Part shown: piece after piece, positions 35,098-41,159 of the stretch
Layout: the number at the start of each line of letters is the position of its first letter
How positions within the stretch are numbered: position 1 is the stretch's first letter
Assembly: GCA_002633005.1 (NCBI GenBank)
Contig: NMRA01001011.1
Location: 13,990-55,148, forward strand
Direction: 5' to 3'
Length of the DNA: 41,159 nucleotides
From: Phoronis australis
Taxonomy: Eukaryota > Animalia > Phoronida
The notes under the pieces: model-generated
Databases searched by the model: none
Seen by the model: only the letters and a program-made list of their open reading frames with translations
What the model was told of the DNA's origin: nothing
Made by a program: the position numbers and the translations under genes

Positions 35098-35220
35098 TGA
35101 ATGCACAAGACAAGAAGTTTGGCACACTTATGAGCAACGGTGCGACCTGAGCGGATGAAGCATGACCTAACAAGGGGAAGTAACTCCGACTGGACTGCAT
35201 ATGCTGCACATGGTTTTGAG
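35098..35220 (-). pseudogene. BIRC6: BIRC6-like exon, 123 bp, open frame
   Basis: tttcag|CTCAAAA ... ATTCA|gtgagt; ELLPLVRSCFIRSGRTVAHKCAKLLVLCI. Confidence 0.85.
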
Positions 35221-36017
35221 CTGAAAAGATCATATCCAACAGTACAATACTGTTCAATTCAAATGCAAAAAACTATAAATAAATAGAACACACTGTGGTA
35301 AGGATTGGTTAAAAATTCCACTTAATGAACTAGTTTAACCTGGCAGATACAATGCGAAAAAGGTAAAAAGAAAACTTTACTGCAAACCTAGGAAACAGCT
35401 CTCAGTATACTGCAGATTTGCTGACAACAGTCAGAAAGCTTTCAACACAATAAACACCTATGCCAAGATACACTTATTAACAACGCAGATATCAAACATC
35501 CACAATCAATGTTTATTATACTTTAAGATCATTAACAGCCACATGACTGCAGTTGATAAGAACAAACAAACAAGACGGCTCAGCAAAACTTTACACTTCT
35601 AACTACAGTTACTGTATCGATTAATATAGCTCTAATTTGTCACTACAAACAGACCCCAACAACACAAATTTGTCAACTGATGCCACCTGATGCCAACTCC
35701 AAATCATGTCTTAATTAACAAAACAAAAAATACACAAAAACAGGCAAGATAGCAATTTGAGTACGAGTATTTTCCACGATAAGACATGAGACTAAAAGAG
35801 TAGATGAGTATAACTCCATTTTGACCAAAATTCATAGAAACCTTTCACTACATACAAAAAATACCACGCAAATTAGACTGCATGATCTTTTGTTTTTAAA
35901 ATTTCATCTTGACCAGCTTGTCCAAACAGTTTCGGGAACATTTCACGAAACGGGATCCAGGGCTAGGTGAAACACTACTAGGAATTTCAGTTTGCTGACA
36001 CGCGACACCTGGCTCAC

Positions 36018-36194
36018 CTTTTCAATGTTTGTGGCTCCTTGACTTGAATACCTGTGATCCAACAGAGAATGTTCAGGGATAGGCCCTGCCGGTGGTCTAG
36101 CGATGTGACCAAGGGGAGATCATCGTGGTGACACACAGCGTATACCAGGTTCCTGTGGAACTCACCACTGTTCAGCATGGCTACCCTCTGAAAC
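36018..36194 (-). pseudogene. BIRC6: BIRC6-like exon, 177 bp, open frame
   Basis: ctacag|GTTTCAG ... AAAAG|gtgagc; RFQRVAMLNSGEFHRNLVYAVC...QGLSLNILCWITGIQ. Confidence 0.85.
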
Positions 36195-37160
36195 CTGTAG
36201 GTAGATATTTACATAATCTTGTCACTTACAATGTAACAATGAAAAGACATACAATACATTATAATTGACTACAAAATGATCTTCAAATGAAATATGGTAT
36301 ATCTTCAAGGGATAGGCGTACTGTTGAATACCTTCAAATCGTTATAATTTGTGATGTCACTTCGATGACAAACTTCCTCGGACCAAACCAAACATTCACC
36401 AGCAACGCATTTTATATAATAGACAATCTAATAGATTTCTGTTAACTGCCACCTGAAATGACAACTTTGCTTAGTCTGTGTGTGTCTGGCACCTGCAGCA
36501 ACAGTTAGTACAATCTAGCCACTTCCCTTTTTGAGTTGCGTATAGACACTGGTTAGTCAATGAGAGGCACTCAATCATCAAAATGATTCTTTTATGATAC
36601 TGCTGTCAGTTTACTCTGTATCAGATGTCAGCAACATCCTCACTAACTACTTGTACTTACTATGCACCTTCAGTTTGAAAATTTGGGAATTAGAGAACAT
36701 AATACGTTCACCCACAAGGCACCCATTAAGTCATGCCCCGAATTCAAACAAACAGCGGCAGTAAACATTTCCATTGAAGAAATCAAGGGACTTCTTAGGT
36801 TGTTGGATTCTGGTGTTAGGCAGTTCATAGGCAACTGTGCTAGATTAAGGTGGACAGTCTGGAGCCATGATTGTCCAACACCTTCCAGTCCTCACAATTA
36901 CCTCCACGGGGGTCATGATTTCACCCTTCCTCAGTCACAGCTTTCAAGGGGACCCTATTTTGTAAGAGCTCCCTATTTTGTGCATTGTCCTAAGATTTAG
37001 CTTAGTTACCTCTAGGACAATCCAACAGAGTTTGTCAGTGTTAACATAAGGACAAAAAATTAAATATGCAATCAAACCAATATGGTGACAACTTAGGGAT
37101 GGGTTGCTTAAAAATGTTGAAATTATCTACACACACACTTCACCGTCCTTCTCTACTTAC

Positions 37161-37429
37161 CTATTGCTGGTGGTAGGTGCTGATGTCTTACGCGGCTTGC
37201 GTATCGTCCCAGAGACTTCATGCAGCCAATCACAGCCTCGTATATCCTCTAGCTTCTGGCGAGGGAGAGAAGAGACCACTTGCTCCACTGATGGCCCTTT
37301 GGTTTCTGCCCCTGTCTAGAGAGACTCCAGATACGGTGCATTCGGAGAATTAGACTTGATCACAACCTTGGATGATGTAGCCGAGGCTTTGGATTTGTCT
37401 GCAGGTTTCTCCGTTTTGGGTTTAGTCTC
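37161..37429 (-). pseudogene. BIRC6: BIRC6-like exon, 269 bp, in-frame TAG at 37316-37318
   Basis: ttttag|GAGACT ... AATAG|gtaagt; ends LEDIRGCDWLHEVSGTIRKPRKTS. Confidence 0.82.
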
Positions 37430-37836
37430 CTAAAAGTCAGGTGGATCATAATGGTTGTTCGAAGTTGGTGAAGCAAACTTGTTACATGACTTTACATTGC
37501 ATTAGAAAATTACTAGGCAATTTTATGGTGATAATTGAGCTTTATGCAGTGCACGTTAAACAACGATTTAAACACGCCATGCATTCTAATAACAATACTA
37601 CATTATTGTGAGGGTTTCAAGTGGTCCTCATCCTGAAATTAATTAACAAAATAGAAGAGTAGAATTCACCAAAATAAAAACCACGCATCACCTATTGTTT
37701 ACATGAGATGCACCTGAATGTCTTTCGGCTGGTCACAATATAAATAAATGAACACACTCAAATTTCTGCACACCATAAATTTTTGAATAAAATGCCAAGC
37801 TGTTGCTGTACAGGAGTTCAAGGTAGTCACACTCAC

Positions 37837-38786
37837 CTTTTCTCGTTCCTTTTCCTTCAACAGAGCCTTGATGTGGATCAGAAATGACCAACACATGGTT
37901 TTCAGCAACTGGTCAAGTGGACTGGTCAAGGTGAATGAGTCCACTCTAACTAGATAGGTCAACCTGTGACATCAAGTCTAGCGGACCATACAGGATCTAC
38001 GCATTGTGCTTGGCCAGGAACTGTCCGACACATTGTTGAAGTCCGAGTAAAATGCCTGCTGTGCCACAGCTGCAATGTCCAGTGTGGAAGTCCCCTGTTT
38101 TAGACAAACAATATTGTTATCACCGACAGTAACATCCTCAGAAATTGCGTCGTTACCGTTACTGCTGCTGTTGCAGTGCTGGTGGCTGGAGACCTTGCGA
38201 CCGATCTTGCCGACGTTTTGCCTAAGCAAGGTGACCTAGCATTAACAACACTTGGGCTAGATTTGATTCTAATATCAAAGAACTTACAACGAATTTGCAA
38301 AAGAATGGCTATCCCCTAGAATTAGTCAATAGGGTACTGAAAGCAAGACTCCAATGTAACCCTGATGATGTTCATCATGTAGACAAAACTAACTACAAGT
38401 ACTTTAACATACCCTATGTTGGGTTTTACGCCAAAATTGCTCAACGAAAACTCAACAAATTGGTGAATGATTATTGTGTGAACTTAAGAGTTGTATTAAC
38501 ATTCAAGTCTCTAAAACTGTCGAGTTTATTTAACCTTAAGGACAAAATTTCTATGGGTCTACGGTCCAAGGTAGTATACAAATTTATCTGTGCTGGATGT
38601 GGCTCCAGTAATGTAGGCGAAACTGTTCGCCACTTGAAAACCAGGACCAAGGAACATCTAAATTCTGACAGTAATTCACATGTAAACATTTGCCAGTCTG
38701 TATTCTGACACTGGGAAAGAGGAGAGTTCAACTAAAACTGTAAGGCAATGCCTACTAGTTTGTGAACGGCCCTTTTCTCAAACTGC
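37837..38786 (-). pseudogene. BIRC6: BIRC6-like exon interrupted by a Penelope fragment
   Basis: VGIALQF*LNSPLSQCQNTDWQM [insert] VTLLRQN ... FLAKHNA*ILYGPLDLMSQVDLSS*SGLI/TLTSPLDQLLKTMCWSFLIHIKALLKEKEREK|gtgagt. Confidence 0.78.
38238..38690 (+). mobile_element. Penelope-like retroelement fragment (RT thumb/linker + N-terminal part of GIY-YIG endonuclease)
   Basis: Open frame SINNTWARFDSNIKEL...NGYP...IPYVG...VVYKFICAGCGSSNVGETVRHLKTRTKEH; the YIG motif is mutated to NVG. Confidence 0.88.
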
Positions 38787-38840
38787 CTACAGAAAAATAC
38801 AGTGAGCGCTTAATGAATCAGATTATTCAATATCATCTAC

Positions 38841-39140
38841 CCATCTTGCTGCAGTTTTCAGGTGCGTGTGTGCTGCAGAAGCTCCCCCTGTTGCTGGAGA
38901 TGCTGAGGATGATGTTACTGCTGTTGCTCCTGCTGGATCTCATGCCAACATGGCGGCAGCGTGGCCGATTAGCGCTGCATCAGGTTCTCAAACAGTGTCA
39001 ATTCGTGTAATCTTTTTGGGGCAGATTGGTGGTAAGACGCTGGTCAACAAGGAGGTCTTTAGTGAAGGAGAATATTGACGTTCTCTAATCACACATTACT
39101 ACACAGTTCCATAGGGTTGTATTGATATGAACCTCAGTCA
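38841..39140 (-). pseudogene. BIRC6: BIRC6-like exon with at least 3 stops and a frameshift
   Basis: ELTLFENLMQR*SATLPPCWHEIQQEQQQ*HHPQHLQQQGELLQHTRT*KLQQDG. Acceptor tttcag at 39141-39146 is tentative. Confidence 0.82.
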
Positions 39141-40093
39141 CTGAAATGACTATCCAGGTATGCAAACTGTTGAAGTCAGTTTTAAGTGCACCTCAACCTA
39201 TGCACACACAAGCTAATGATGGTAGATTACTTCTCCACTTACTATGATCACGTGATACCGTCAAAATAATAGTGGCACAAGTTTCGTTTTTACTCAGATG
39301 GGGCAATTATATATAATCTGCAATACCATTGGTTTTTTGACACATCTTGGGAATGTGCCTTGGTCAATAGTTCGTGGCTGATTTTCTTTTATATAATTTG
39401 ACGAGCATGTAATTCAGTTAAATTGTCAAATGTGACACTTCTTATCAAATCCAACAAATCAAATAGTCTTTTTTGAGAGTCACTAATGAAAAAAGTTACT
39501 TCTGACTTCACAGATATGGTGAATCTCTTTTGGTAATACCACGTACTCAAAAATAATAAAAATGGCCAGTAGGTGGCACATAAAAATTAGGTGCGCATCA
39601 CATGTTGATTTGTTTGAAAACTGGTGTCTCACTAATACCTTAATTGGAAAATGTTGGCCAAATTTNAAGGAGCGCATCACATGTTGATTTGTTTGAAAAC
39701 TGGTGTCTCACTAATACCTTAATTGGAACAAGTTGGCCAAATCTTACGAGGTTTCATCAATGAAACTGGGAGATGGAGAGGTGGTTGCCCTTACAGAAAT
39801 TGGAATGTGCATGATAATGCTTACTGTCCAATAGATGTACAGTTCATGCCAAAAATAACACAACACATAAATCTGTGTCATAGCAACTGACCACAGCAAA
39901 AATTCCCTATCACGACAGCTGGGTGCAAGCGAAATCCACAATCAGAGAGGTTGGAAAGGCACGACATGACATACAGTAATAATTGAAAGAAACTTTATAA
40001 AATATTTTTCACGTGCACTGTAATCATGGCTAATATGCAACATACGGACAAAATAGTGGAAATAAAATACAATCCCAGTCCTTGCCGTCTCAC

Positions 40094-40423
40094 CTAAAGA
40101 ACTAAGCGAGCGCAGTTCTGCAGCTGACGTGGATTCCATGGATGAGACTAGAGCAGGATTGCTAGTCAGACTAGCTGTCTGTCCATCAGGGAAGTCCAAG
40201 CCGGGCGGCCCTATCTGCAGGAAGTGCAGCTTGTCCAAGTCTGTTGCAGCACAGAGGCGATCCACACCTACGCAGCAGAGNGACGTGGATTCCATGGATG
40301 AGACTAGAGCAGGATTACTAGTCAGACTAGCCATCTGTCCGCCAGGGAAGTCCAAGCCAGGCCGCCCTATCTGCAGGAAGTGCAGCTTGTCCAAGTCTGT
40401 TGCAGCACAGAGGCGATCCACAC
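40094..40423 (-). pseudogene. BIRC6: BIRC6-like exon (includes an artefactual ~155-bp duplication around N40281)
   Basis: gcgtag|GTGTGGATCGC ... TTAG|gtgaga; encodes GVDRLCAATDLDKLHFLQIG. Confidence 0.75.
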
Positions 40424-40896
40424 CTACGCAGCAGAGGGAAATCAAAATGAGACAAACACACATTACTGCATCTATTCTTGGAAGCTGGAGCTGTTGTAAA
40501 GTTACCTTTGGTCAAAACGATTACTTTCAATTGAGACTGGTTATCATTACAAAATTAGTCTCAAATTCCCCTTACCCAGATTAGAAGTGATTTTTATTAG
40601 GTTTGGTGAATTTATTATAGCACGAAAGCATGCTCAATAGCTTAAGTCAACTAAGCAGGTTATACAATGTATTCAAGTATGGCCACAAACAGCAAAGACC
40701 TGTCAGTTCTTTGCAAGCCAAGAAATCACATATAATCTAAATGAGTCAGCCAAGGTAACTCTTATTACGATAAGTGGTCTAAATCAGAGATTGGGCTTTA
40801 TGGTGGAAGGCAAGATATCAACCATTAATATGATATAATATCTACCATTTACACCATACAATTCATAGAAATTCATAGATTGCAGTTTCGCCTATA

Positions 40897-41159
40897 TGTG
40901 GCTCCAGTTATATAGGCGAAACTGTTCGCCATTTGAAAACCAGGACCAAGGAACATCTAAATTCTGACAGTAATTCACATGTAAATATTCACCTGCAGAG
41001 CTCCAATCATTGTTATCAGCAGTGCTCTTTCAATGACTTTGCAATAATAGACCAGGCAGTAACAACAAAGGAGCTTAAAATTCGTGAGGCTTTACATATC
41101 AGTTGGTGCAAGCCCAATCTCAATAGGCAACTGACACACCACAGGTTGTCATTGTTGGT
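40897..41159 (+). mobile_element. Penelope-like GIY-YIG endonuclease C-terminal fragment (runs off window)
   Basis: CGSSYIGETVRHLKTRTKEHLNSDSNSHVNIHL...FAIIDQ...LKIREALHISWCKPNLNRQ. The first ~90 bp are nearly identical to 38598-38689. Confidence 0.9.

Larger units (their letters stand above)
35098..40423 (-). pseudogene. BIRC6: Unprocessed BIRC6 (Bruce/Apollon)-like pseudogene fragment, at least 6 exons
   Basis: Phase-compatible GT-AG exons whose translations match recalled BIRC6 segments in the correct order: DRLCA..LHFLQIG; ATLPPCWHEIQQEQQQ..HPQHL..QHTRT.KLQ; VTLLR..IL.GP..DLS..TLTSP..SFLIHIKA; RGCDWLHEVS.TIRK; RFQRVAML..EFH..ILCW.TG; LVRSCFIRSGRTVAHKCAKLLVLCI. Many premature stops and frameshifts. 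Confidence 0.88.

Noticed and set aside
35098-40423. Functional BIRC6 gene, or stop-codon recoding
   Set aside because: All three stop types, frameshifts and an exonic TE insertion are present, which is consistent with neutral decay.
39942-40584. ORFs with an internal ~52-aa tandem repeat
   Set aside because: The duplication abuts the N at 40281 and is a likely assembly overlap. The real signal is one BIRC6-like exon.

Overview
AT-rich eukaryotic DNA, most likely from a bilaterian invertebrate (spliceosomal introns, a BIRC6-like gene, CTCF-like motifs). There is no intact protein-coding gene. Bases 1-33117 are a layered satellite field. It starts with a 19-bp minisatellite that flips orientation at ~385, then a 49/122-bp (342-bp higher-order) satellite to ~2890. 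A long array of ~140-160-bp monomers in A-B-C trimers follows, punctuated by GACR microsatellite + hairpin + A-tract ends like those of Helentron-associated (HINE/DINE-1/pearl/Tsp-type) elements. Nearly every monomer carries a CTCF-consensus-like core (CCACTAG[G/A][T/G/A]GGC[G/A]C), all on the + strand. Inserted in the array are two MITEs with 5-bp target-site duplications (TSDs) and two inverted copies of a TA-targeting non-autonomous Tc1/mariner-pogo-like element, plus apparent excision footprints of the latter. Also inserted are a decayed Gmr1-like Gypsy LTR retrotransposon (gag-PR-IN, RT/RH deleted) and a 2.3-kb TIR element with subterminal repeats. Bases ~33400-40423 hold an intron-containing, stop-riddled BIRC6 (Bruce/Apollon)-like pseudogene fragment on the minus strand, one exon of which is split by a Penelope-like GIY-YIG fragment; a second Penelope fragment ends the window. 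Several single-N joins are flanked by overlap duplications that are probably assembly artefacts. Family and protein assignments come from recalled motifs, not from database searches.
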